Positions 18,184 to 25,572 of a stretch of 64,000 nucleotides of DNA are shown here, piece by piece; position 1 is the first letter of the stretch; each line of letters starts with the position of its first letter. The stretch is taken from IMG/VR virus record IMGVR_UViG_3300031994_000044, positions 1 to 64,000 of that record; one strand, written 5' to 3'. A program made the position numbers and the translations under genes. The notes beneath the pieces were generated by a model, which did no database searches, was not told the DNA's origin, and saw only the letters and a program-made list of their open reading frames with translations. Source of the stretch: a virus (Duplodnaviria; Caudoviricetes).

Positions 18184-19317
18184 TTATTTACAATAAATTT
18201 TTCTTTCAAGCAATTCACCTACTTCAGAGTCGTACACAACATAATATTGGCAAGGTTCCTCACAGGTAAAACCATTTGTCATGGCAAATGTATTATAACC
18301 GATTATACTACCATTAACAACGGCATTTGATATTGAGGTGCATGAATGGAAGTGGCCAAGGAAAATACGGTCCTGATTGAATGTATTATGCCATTTCAAG
18401 GCCAAACGGTTAAGTGCGGGATAAATACCACAAATAGCGCCTGTACCAGTACTCTTTACTTGGAATCCATGACAGAATATAAAGCGTCTGTCGTCATCGG
18501 TATCAACAATAGCCAATTCGCTATCAGGAATATTAAATTCTATAGGTAAATTGGTCAATTTGCATTGTTGCTCGATGTTCTTATACATCATCCACTCATA
18601 ACTCATCTTATAGCCGTTTGAATGCTGTATCTTCTTTGTTGTACGAGAGTGGTTTCCTACAATACCAATGAACAATATCTGCTTAAGTTTGGTTTGCTCA
18701 CACAAATAAGATAAGCCACTATAGATTAGATTTTGTGCCAAAAGAGTTGCCTCTGAAGGACTCAATTGATTTGTTTCTTGAAGTTCCTCATGGATAAAAC
18801 CTGATATGGTATCGCCAAGACTTGCAAAAATCAGATTTTCAACACCATCGGTATTCAAACAATTGGCCAAATTAACAAAGTAATTCTCAATACGCTGCTT
18901 TGCAATATCAATGTTATATTCATTCTTCCCAAGAACTGAAGTCAATGTAACTGTTTCTTCAATATGAGCATCAGAAAACAATGCAATGGCATATTTTTTA
19001 CCGCTAGTCTTCTTTTTTATCTTGAATTCATATTTTTCAAATGGCAATTCCTTAACATTCTTGAAATTTTCATATTCCTTATAAAGAGAATCGTTTATTT
19101 CTTGCTTTTGAGGCTCTTCACTTGAATTAGGTATTGGGTTCTTAAAGGTATAGGTAATACCATTATGTTTGTAAAACCCATTTGTTTTCAATGATTCTGC
19201 AATTGTTTTACGCCTTACAGGTACAACCTTATTAAGTTTACGAATACTTGCATACTCAGTTCCATCACTGCCAATAATAGGTGACGGTACACCATTTCTA
19301 ATTTCAAAATTTGACAT
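18184..19317 (-). CDS. calcineurin-like metallophosphoesterase
   Basis: SDAH, LGDT, VGNHSR, CHG, LGHFH motifs. Confidence 0.85.
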   Translation of the reverse strand: MSNFEIRNGVPSPIIGSDGTEYASIRKLNKVVPVRRKTIAESLKTNGFYKHNGITYTFKNPIPNSSEEPQKQEINDSLYKEYENFKNVKELPFEKYEFKIKKKTSGKKYAIALFSDAHIEETVTLTSVLGKNEYNIDIAKQRIENYFVNLANCLNTDGVENLIFASLGDTISGFIHEELQETNQLSPSEATLLAQNLIYSGLSYLCEQTKLKQILFIGIVGNHSRTTKKIQHSNGYKMSYEWMMYKNIEQQCKLTNLPIEFNIPDSELAIVDTDDDRRFIFCHGFQVKSTGTGAICGIYPALNRLALKWHNTFNQDRIFLGHFHSCTSISNAVVNGSIIGYNTFAMTNGFTCEEPCQYYVVYDSEVGELLERKIYCK

Positions 19318-19415
19318 CTATTAAATTATTTTTTAAAAGTTATTTTTCAATTAATATACAAATACTTTTTATAAAAATCAACATTTACAACTATTTATAG
19401 TAAAATATTTGAGAA

Positions 19416-20063
19416 ATGAACAAAAAAGTAATTAGAATTAACGAAAATCACATAAGAAATCTTGTGAAAGAAGCATTAAGAAAACTCGTCAAAGAAGATA
19501 TTGACGGTTATGATGACGAAAATGAAATAGACCCCGATGATTGGCAATCAGAAGAACCATCAGATTTAGAAGTAAATGATATACTAATGACATTTAAAAG
19601 AGAATCTGAACAATTGGGTTTGAATTTTAGGGACCTTGGAGAAAAAGAATTTGCTGTTACTTGTAAAATAGGCGATAATGGCAAAGCAACCTGTGATATC
19701 AAGCAATTCTTGGAAATGGCTGCAATGTATGTTAATAGAGGTGTATTAAAAATAATTGGCCATGGAATATCCAAAGCAGGTACATGGTATTATAAATACA
19801 GAATTATTAAGGGTCAAATAGTCAGCGAAAGCAAAAAGAAGAGAAAAATAAATGAGGCTGAAGATTATGGATGGATTGTCGAAACAGATGAAGCACAATT
19901 GGCTTATCAATATTTTTGTGAAGAGATGGGTATAGAAGCCGCAAACGAAGCAATAATTAGGGCAATGAGTGATAAAACTTTATCTGAAATAATGGTTTAT
20001 CTTTTAAGAATGTATGATATGGATGGTTGGGAAGAGTATAAAGAGGAACATAGTCAATATTAA
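19416..20063 (+). CDS. hypothetical (probable head-internal) protein
   Basis: N-terminal IRINENHIRNLVKE motif; ACTATTTAT upstream. Confidence 0.75.
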   Translation: MNKKVIRINENHIRNLVKEALRKLVKEDIDGYDDENEIDPDDWQSEEPSDLEVNDILMTFKRESEQLGLNFRDLGEKEFAVTCKIGDNGKATCDIKQFLEMAAMYVNRGVLKIIGHGISKAGTWYYKYRIIKGQIVSESKKKRKINEAEDYGWIVETDEAQLAYQYFCEEMGIEAANEAIIRAMSDKTLSEIMVYLLRMYDMDGWEEYKEEHSQY

Positions 20064-20380
20064 TTAAAAACCAAATACAACAAAATAAAAAAGCCGGCAG
20101 TTTTTGTCGGCTTTTGTGTTTATAACACCTGTGAAATCTGAAAAAAGAAATAAATGATACACATATGGGTTTCACTAACACAGCCCATACACCTTTGCTA
20201 CACTCCCACAAATGTTAGTATTTGCAGTAGCCATTTTCCCGCTGGCCACAAATCATGGTTGTACATTCCATGAGTCACCTCTCATTTATCTCTGTTAATA
20301 CACAGTATATAACCTTCTGAGTTTACTTATCTGTGTCTATCAGCAAGTTCTAGAATATCAAACTGACAAGTTTCTCTGTG

Positions 20381-20471
20381 CGGAGGCAACAGGACTCGAA
20401 CCTGTACGCCGCTTAACGCGACTACTCAGAGTTTAGCAAACTCCTGCCTTACCAATTAGGCTTATGCCTCC
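20381..20471 (-). tRNA. tRNA-Ser(GCT)
   Basis: Cloverleaf, GGAGT-TT GCT AA-ACTCT, long variable arm. Confidence 0.92.
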
Positions 20472-20746
20472 AAAATGCAAGTAGATTTACGAAATAAGGC
20501 TGAGAAACCACACATTAAAGGTGGATACCCGCTATTAGGCACTTGCGCTGTTTTACTCACTTGTTGCTTATCCTCTTACAGCTCTTCACAGAATCGGCTG
20601 CTCTAACACCGACTGGCTTACACCAACTGACACGTTTCATCAAGCGTGGATACTTCTATGCCTCCTGCAACATGACACCATTACCATGGATATCTGTGCC
20701 ATTTACCTTGATTACTCAATGGTCTATACTTGCTATTATTTTAATC

Positions 20747-20823
20747 TGGGTGTCTGCTCAGATTCGAACTGAGGCCTCAACCGCCACAAGGTTGTGTGCT
20801 AAACCACTGACACTACAGACACC
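20747..20823 (-). tRNA. tRNA-His(GTG)
   Basis: CAACC-TT GTG GC-GGTTG, G-1, encoded CCA. Confidence 0.92.
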
Positions 20824-20839
20824 ATAAAATGGATTTCCT

Positions 20840-20924
20840 TGATTGGTATGGGATTCGAACCCTGGTACTATTCCAACCACCTCATTGTGTCGAGGCCCAC
20901 ACTCCCTGTGTGGAGCACCCAATC
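20840..20924 (-). ncRNA. atypical tRNA-like RNA
   Basis: GATTGG/CCAATC terminal helix, 6-bp CCACAC/GTGTGG arm, GGG-TTCGAAT-CCC T-loop; no canonical 7-nt anticodon loop. Confidence 0.5.
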
Positions 20925-21117
20925 GCTGGCATAAGGTCTTTTTCCTTAACATTTCTAAAGCCTTTCGATAATCCATGAATCTACTTGAAATTCGCTAGTT
21001 CAAGGAGTAATATTACCTCTCCCTTCACCCATTTATTTTAACAGTTTAGGGCTTGTACTGCTACCGTTCACGCTATCTGGTTCTACGCCTGTCTTTATAC
21101 TCGTCAGTATTGAGTTG

Positions 21118-21199
21118 TCGGAATGGTGGGATTCGAACCCACACGCCTTTCGGCACAACGTTCTTAGCGTTGCGAGTCTGCCAGTTCCTCCACATTCCG
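21118..21199 (-). tRNA. tRNA-Leu(AAG)
   Basis: CAACG-CT AAG AA-CGTTG, Leu-type variable arm TGCCGAAAGGCGT. Confidence 0.9.
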
Positions 21200-21208
21200 T
21201 AAAAAAAA

Positions 21209-21276
21209 CGGAAAACGGGTTTCAGTGGTACAAATTAACAGTTTGTTACTAAAAATAATTTGCTGTATGTTTTCCT
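21209..21276 (-). ncRNA. ACAGCAA-motif RNA with Asn-like anticodon hairpin
   Basis: GGAAAAC/GTTTTCC closing helix, ATACAGCAA, ACAAA-CT GTT AA-TTTGT, no T arm. Confidence 0.6.
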
Positions 21277-21280
21277 ATTG

Positions 21281-21377
21281 TCGGAACTGTAGGAATCGAA
21301 CCTACCCGAAGTTATTTGTCTAGAATTATTACCTTCACCTACACCATCATAGGCATGTCTCCATCCATCAAATTCCG
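21281..21377 (-). ncRNA. atypical tRNA-like RNA
   Basis: CGGAATT/AGTTCCG acceptor, perfect T arm, 6-nt anticodon-position loop, long variable arm. Confidence 0.55.
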
Positions 21378-21392
21378 ATTTTTTATGATTTG

Positions 21393-21518
21393 CTCCGTGG
21401 GAAAGATTCGAACTTTCGGCTAATGGGTTTACTTTGGTAAATTATATTGCTGTTAATTTTTTTGCCAAAAAATATTTTTTCTACACTCCCATTGCTCTAC
21501 CTCTGAGCTACACACGGA
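21393..21518 (-). ncRNA. tRNA body with about 60-nt ACAGCAA insert replacing the anticodon loop
   Basis: Canonical D arm GCTC/GAGC, ATGGG/CCCAT stem and T arm. Confidence 0.7.
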
Positions 21519-21657
21519 TTACAATTTTCTTCCATAGTCAATGGCTTATGACCGCATTATAGAAAATTAAAAAGACTTTCCTTCAGTTACGCTGAAGCAT
21601 CTGTTTGATTTATTCAGGGACAAATGACGTTACGTTGAGGCGCGACCTCTTAAAATG

Positions 21658-21733
21658 TTGGCCCGACAGGATTTGAACCTGTAAATCTCCTGAGTCAAAG
21701 TCAGGCGTGTTAACCAGGTTACACCACGGGCCA
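21658..21733 (-). tRNA. tRNA-Gln(TTG)
   Basis: CCTGA-CT TTG AC-TCAGG. Confidence 0.92.
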
Positions 21734-21796
21734 TTAAAAATATGTATCATATAATGCATAATTAAAAATATGTATCATATAGTACATATTTAAAAG

Positions 21797-21871
21797 TGGA
21801 CCCAATCAGATTCGAACTGATAAAATGCCGCCGTGCAAGGGCGGTCCTGTACCAATTGAAGGCATAGGCCC
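21797..21871 (-). tRNA. tRNA-Ala(TGC)
   Basis: CCGCC-CT TGC AC-GGCGG, G3:U70. Confidence 0.9.
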
Positions 21872-21963
21872 TTTAAAATGGAGGGGTTTAAAATGAACTT
21901 AATTTGGATGTTCGGAAACTATTCTTGACACATTTGGTACCCTCCCAAGAATAATTAATAATG

Positions 21964-22038
21964 TCGGTTAGGGTGGACTCGAACCACCGACCTCAAACTT
22001 ATCAGGTTTGCCATCTAAACCAACTGATATACTAACCG
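21964..22038 (-). tRNA. tRNA-Ile(GAT)
   Basis: CAAAC-CT GAT AA-GTTTG. Confidence 0.92.
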
Positions 22039-22045
22039 TTGAATG

Positions 22046-22208
22046 TACCCGGTAGGGGATTCGAACCCCTGATTTCAAGGATGGCTTCCTTGCAATGTAT
22101 CGAACATTCTTCATACTCACCATGATTAAAGCAAGGAAAAACTTTTTTCACAGAGAAAAGTAAAACTGTATAAAACCTTGCGTCCTAGGCCAGCTAGACG
22201 AACCGGGC
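22046..22208 (-). tRNA. tRNA-Glu(TTC) with 88-nt intron (22084-22171)
   Basis: Removing insert restores CAAGG-TT TTC AT-CCTTG. Confidence 0.8.
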
Positions 22209-22210
22209 AA

Positions 22211-22660
22211 AAAGCAGCGATTTGGTTCGCTGTCAACCTGCTAAATGCGCTGCCTTAGGCTGCTGCATAAGCAAAAGCATAATTTTCGTTGCCAGTTATT
22301 TTATGGCATCTCGGATGTCTACTTTCATTGTACTCATTAGCAATCAATTCCAAGATGGCCCATATTATTTTTTTTGTCGGATGCCAGGGAGTTGAACCCC
22401 AATTTTAAACCCGAATCAAAATTTTCAAATTACTTGATATTGTACCATGAATCATAAGAACCGTATAACTAGTATGGTTGGTACTCAACATGGCGCACCC
22501 GTTATTAAAACCGTGCTTTCCACGGATTAGACTAAGTTCGCCTTCTTTATACTTCAGAGATATACGTCTCAAGTGCGCCAACTTAGTAAAACCAACACTT
22601 CGTGGACCATAAGGGACTCGAACCCTTGTCTTACTCAACTTTCCTTTGATTATCAACAAC
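22211..22660 (-). ncRNA. ssrA: circularly permuted (two-piece) tmRNA
   Basis: Acceptor piece (T arm plus ATGGTCC-A, about 22660-22603) precedes coding piece (GGGCCAT at 22361; tag GNENYAFAYAAA* 22293-22255); G3:U70. Confidence 0.88.
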
Positions 22661-22670
22661 AAACCGATTG

Positions 22671-22743
22671 TGGGGTGTTATGGAATCGAACCATAGTGAC
22701 AGGTCTGTCGAACCTGCATCCTAAACCGCTAAATGAACTCCCC
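22671..22743 (-). tRNA. tRNA-Val(GAC)-like, atypical (C33)
   Basis: CAGGT-TC GAC AG-ACCTG, A73, one acceptor mismatch. Confidence 0.6.
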
Positions 22744-22873
22744 ATGTAAGAAATTTACATTTCACTATCGTGCCTCCACCATGAGACGCTTGGCGACTTT
22801 ATGTGGCCCGCACTAACTTTTCGTACTTGTTTAAGGTACGTGTGTCCTTCTTTCCTTATATTTTTTAGATTAC

Positions 22874-23002
22874 AGGAATCTATTTATTTTCCATTTCACT
22901 ATGCAGCCATCGGTTCCCCTAAAGCCGCAGTTGGACTCGAACCAACAATCTTTGTTTTGCTTACAAATGTGTTTACCTATTGTAACTTGCTGTTAAATTC
23001 CT
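22874..23002 (-). ncRNA. ACAGCAA-motif RNA with permuted-tRNA (YrlA-like) topology
   Basis: AGGAATTTA/TAGATTCCT closing helix; T arm, loop-closed 7-bp TGCGGCT/GGCTGCA acceptor-like stem, D-like segment. Confidence 0.65.
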
Positions 23003-23012
23003 TTTAATCTAG

Positions 23013-23086
23013 CGGGCCTGACGGGATTCGAACCCGCACCACACGCCGTGACAGGGCGGCATTGTAAACCATTCAACCACAGGCCC
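23013..23086 (-). tRNA. tRNA-Asp(GTC)
   Basis: CCGCC-CT GTC AC-GGCGT. Confidence 0.92.
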
Positions 23087-23279
23087 AATAAAGAAAGGTT
23101 TATGGCATCTTCTTAACTATGCCAACATCTGTTTTAGAGCTCGCAACCTTTCAAACAAAGCTTCCTCGGTACTTCACCACTCACCTCGGTTTAGGTGTAG
23201 TCCTGTCGCTCTACAAGTGCGCTAAATCTTTAATGAATTTAGAAACATGTTCTGACGGTTAAGCGTCATTGTTTTTCTC

Positions 23280-23368
23280 AGAAATCATTTACTGCACCAT
23301 TGCAATCAGCCCATAACGGCTAATATTAGAATCGAACTAATCAAGTTGACATTTGCTGTTAGATTTCT
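23280..23368 (-). ncRNA. ACAGCAA-motif RNA with permuted-tRNA (YrlA-like) topology
   Basis: AGAAATC/GATTTCT closing helix; ATTAG-TTCGATT-CTAAT; ATTAGCC/GGCTGAT; TGCA-ATGG-TGCA. Confidence 0.65.
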
Positions 23369-23377
23369 TAAGTTTAG

Positions 23378-23538
23378 CGGGAGAGGTGGGGTTCGAACCC
23401 ACGACCCACAGATTAGTTCTTGTAGTAAAAGTCGAATTTACTGACCTAGGATGACCGTCAATACAAGAATCAATTTGTTTTCAGAAGTTATTTCTCCTGT
23501 ATACAGTCTGTTGCGCTAACCAGCTACGCTACTCTCCC
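23378..23538 (-). tRNA. tRNA-Asn(GTT) with 87-nt intron (23416-23502)
   Basis: Removing insert restores ACAGA-CT GTT AA-TCTGT. Confidence 0.85.
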
Positions 23539-23546
23539 TTAAAAAA

Positions 23547-23632
23547 CAGGAAACGATATTTATGGAATCGAACCATTTCAATTTTATTTTCAGTAAAATC
23601 TTTAACCTTTTAAAATTTGCTGTATGTTTCCT
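23547..23632 (-). ncRNA. ACAGCAA-motif RNA with Phe-like anticodon arm and T arm
   Basis: AGGAAAC/GTTTCCT; TTTTA-CT GAA AA-TAAAA; ATGG-TTCGATT-CCAT. Confidence 0.6.
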
Positions 23633-23762
23633 TTATTTTTAATTCTTTTATAAATATACAAAAAATAATTTTCTTAAAAAATCAACGGTTCACAATAGAA
23701 CTTCTCACGGTAAAATCCATGGCTTCATTAGGCAAAGCTTCGTTGATTAAGATTTTTTTCAG

Positions 23763-23844
23763 TACCCCAGGTGGGATTCGAACCCACAATGGCTATGCCA
23801 CCACAGCCTAAATGTGGCCCCTATACCATTTCGGGTACTGAGGC
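23763..23844 (-). tRNA. tRNA-Leu(TAG)
   Basis: CCACA-TT TAG GC-TGTGG, long variable arm. Confidence 0.9.
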
Positions 23845-23850
23845 ATATTG

Positions 23851-23921
23851 AGCAGAATATCGGTGTCGAACCGATACCTTGACCTTGGGAAGGTCATATA
23901 CTGCCGCTATACTAATTCTGC
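23851..23921 (-). tRNA. tRNA-Gly(CCC)
   Basis: TGACC-TT CCC AA-GGTCA, U73. Confidence 0.88.
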
Positions 23922-23925
23922 ATTG

Positions 23926-24086
23926 TGGGAAAGGGTGGACTCGAACCACCAGTCTCAAAAGAGAACGGATTGCCAATGTGGTAAATTACGAATTTACGAT
24001 ACTTCATTATTCACATTGGATGGTTTTTACATGTTTACCTTCATGTATTACAGTCCGCGCGGCTACCAATTACCGGTTACTTTCCC
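23926..24086 (-). tRNA. tRNA-Tyr(GTA) with 77-nt intron (23972-24048)
   Basis: Removing insert restores GCGGA-CT GTA AA-TCCGT. Confidence 0.85.
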
Positions 24087-24099
24087 ATTAAAAATCATG

Positions 24100-24171
24100 A
24101 GCCCCCTACCTGAATTGAACAGGTATTTTCGGGTTACAAAGCCGATGTAATAACCATTATACTAAGGAGGC
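24100..24171 (-). tRNA. tRNA-Thr(TGT)
   Basis: TCGGC-TT TGT AA-CCCGA. Confidence 0.85.
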
Positions 24172-24182
24172 AACAAAATAAA

Positions 24183-24243
24183 CGGAAATCCATCAAAAAA
24201 AACATACCATAATTTTTATAAAGATATTGCTGTTGAATTTCCT
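24183..24243 (-). ncRNA. minimal ACAGCAA-motif RNA
   Basis: GGAAATTCA/TGGATTTCC closing helix plus ACAGCAA. Confidence 0.55.
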
Positions 24244-24244
24244 G

Positions 24245-24326
24245 TGGCCAAGGTGGGACTCGAACCCACACGCCTTTCGGCACATGATTTTGAGTCATGG
24301 GTGTCTACCAATTCCACCACTTGGCC
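24245..24326 (-). tRNA. tRNA-Leu(CAA)
   Basis: CATGA-CT CAA AA-TCATG. Confidence 0.92.
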
Positions 24327-24339
24327 ATTGTTAAATTAG

Positions 24340-24459
24340 TCGGGACGTTTGGATTCGAACCAAAACCACGGAAACCCAAATTCATTGCTAAAATATTGCT
24401 GTAAAATTCCGTGTCTGAAATCATAAATGCTACGTGTGCTACCGTTACACCACATCCCA
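24340..24459 (-). ncRNA. tRNA-Pro(TGG)-like RNA with 49-nt ACAGCAA insert in anticodon stem
   Basis: Removing 24384-24432 gives CGGAA-TT TGG GT-TTCCG. Confidence 0.65.
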
Positions 24460-24585
24460 TTAGAAGAGTTTCACTTATGTCCTCTCAGCTGCGTGGGCCC
24501 ACACCCTGAGACGGTTGCTGCACTAAGAAGGAAACACCCAGACGCTCTTCCGAGCGAAAGGAAAACTACTCTACAGCTTTTCACG

Positions 24586-24657
24586 TTGTCTCACCGCGAC
24601 TCGAACACGGACCAAGAGAACCAAAATCTCTTGTGCTAACCATTACACCATGAGACA
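24586..24657 (-). tRNA. tRNA-Gln(TTG), second copy
   Basis: AGAGA-TT TTG GT-TCTCT. Confidence 0.9.
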
Positions 24658-24666
24658 ATTTTAAAG

Positions 24667-24795
24667 TGGTGTATTAGGGAATCGAACCCATTATTAAAGC
24701 CAGTTACTTTGAATTCAATATTAGCTCTTCTCAAATTCTTTTCACGTCACCTCATACTACTTGAATCGGCCGAATTTCATATGAGTTAATACACC
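24667..24795 (-). ncRNA. enlarged tRNA-like RNA
   Basis: GGTGTATTA/TAATACACC terminal helix and GGG-TTCGATT-CCC T-loop, long non-canonical interior. Confidence 0.5.
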
Positions 24796-24799
24796 ATGT

Positions 24800-24930
24800 A
24801 GCTGGGAATTGATGATTCGAACCATCATCTCGGAATTGGAATTTCATTGCTAAAATATTGCTGTTAAATTTCATTGTTCCGACTGAAATTGTTTTGTTTG
24901 CTACGTGTTCTACCCTTAAACTATTCCAGC
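24800..24930 (-). ncRNA. tRNA-Gly(TCC)-like RNA with 58-nt ACAGCAA insert in anticodon stem
   Basis: Removing 24846-24903 gives CGGAA-AT TCC AA-TTCCG. Confidence 0.6.
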
Positions 24931-24945
24931 ATTGAAGAATATATG

Positions 24946-25033
24946 CGGAGGGGGTGGGATTCGAACCCACGGGAGTAGTTAGCTCACACAAGATTTCAAG
25001 TCTAGGCCGTTATGACCACTTCGGCACCCCTCC
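24946..25033 (-). tRNA. tRNA-Ser(TGA)
   Basis: CTAGA-CT TGA AA-TCTTG, long variable arm, G73. Confidence 0.9.
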
Positions 25034-25187
25034 AATAGGCTATATGTTTCACAACATACAACCTTATGTTGTTGTTTTATTTTTCAGATTTCACAAGATG
25101 TCAAAGAACATTTGCATTAACAAATATACAAAGTTTTTTGTTAAAAACAAATTTTTTTTTATTTTTTTTTTCGGCAAGTTATCTCTT

Positions 25188-25203
25188 ATCAAAAACCGTG
25201 CCA
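25188..25203 (-). promoter_or_regulatory. sigma54-like promoter in RNA cluster
   Basis: TGGCACGGTTTTTGAT; further copies 26153-26168 and 28031-28046; TATATTTG (Bacteroidota -7 box) at about 25121-25128. Confidence 0.65.
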
Positions 25204-25211
25204 AACTTTTT

Positions 25212-25285
25212 TGGTGGCGATAGGAAGAGTTGAACTTCCGAATTGGCCTTATGAGAGCCACGTTTTACCGCTAGACTATATCGCC
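25212..25285 (-). tRNA. tRNA-Met/Ile2(CAT)
   Basis: TGGCT-CT CAT AA-GGCCA, encoded CCA. Confidence 0.88.
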
Positions 25286-25295
25286 TTAGCGTTTG

Positions 25296-25369
25296 AGCGG
25301 GTTAAGGGACTCGAACCCTCAAACCTTCTGCATGGCAAGCAGATGCTCTACCAATTGAGCTAAACCCGC
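25296..25369 (-). tRNA. tRNA-Gly(GCC)
   Basis: TCTGC-TT GCC AT-GCAGA. Confidence 0.92.
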
Positions 25370-25373
25370 ATAT

Positions 25374-25544
25374 TTACCATTCCCATCCATCAAATCTTTT
25401 TAATTGTGGCCTAATGTCTTGGTCTATTGGTATTCTTCTAAGTTTTCTATGCCTTTCTTTTTTAACCTTTTTGCGTGAATGATGCCTATTATATGCTTCA
25501 CTATTCATCCATGGTTCAGGTTCATATCCGTATGAAAGTCCCAT
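25374..25544 (-). CDS. small basic protein within tRNA cluster (not in ORF track)
   Basis: 56 aa MGLSYGYEPEPW...RKKVKKERHRKLRR...FDGWEW. Confidence 0.6.
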   Translation of the reverse strand: MGLSYGYEPEPWMNSEAYNRHHSRKKVKKERHRKLRRIPIDQDIRPQLKRFDGWEW

Positions 25545-25572
25545 TTTATTTTATATTTTAAATTTTTAAATG

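Noticed and set aside
20840-20924. tRNA-Sec
   Set aside because: Has a 6-bp D-like stem but no TCA anticodon loop
21570-21590. RNase P RNA (GAAGGAAAGTC resembles GAGGAAAGUCC)
   Set aside because: Remaining conserved regions and required length not found
24462-24500. Hammerhead ribozyme or TPP riboswitch (CTGAGAG…GAAAC)
   Set aside because: Core does not fit CUGANGA, and TPP downstream elements are missing
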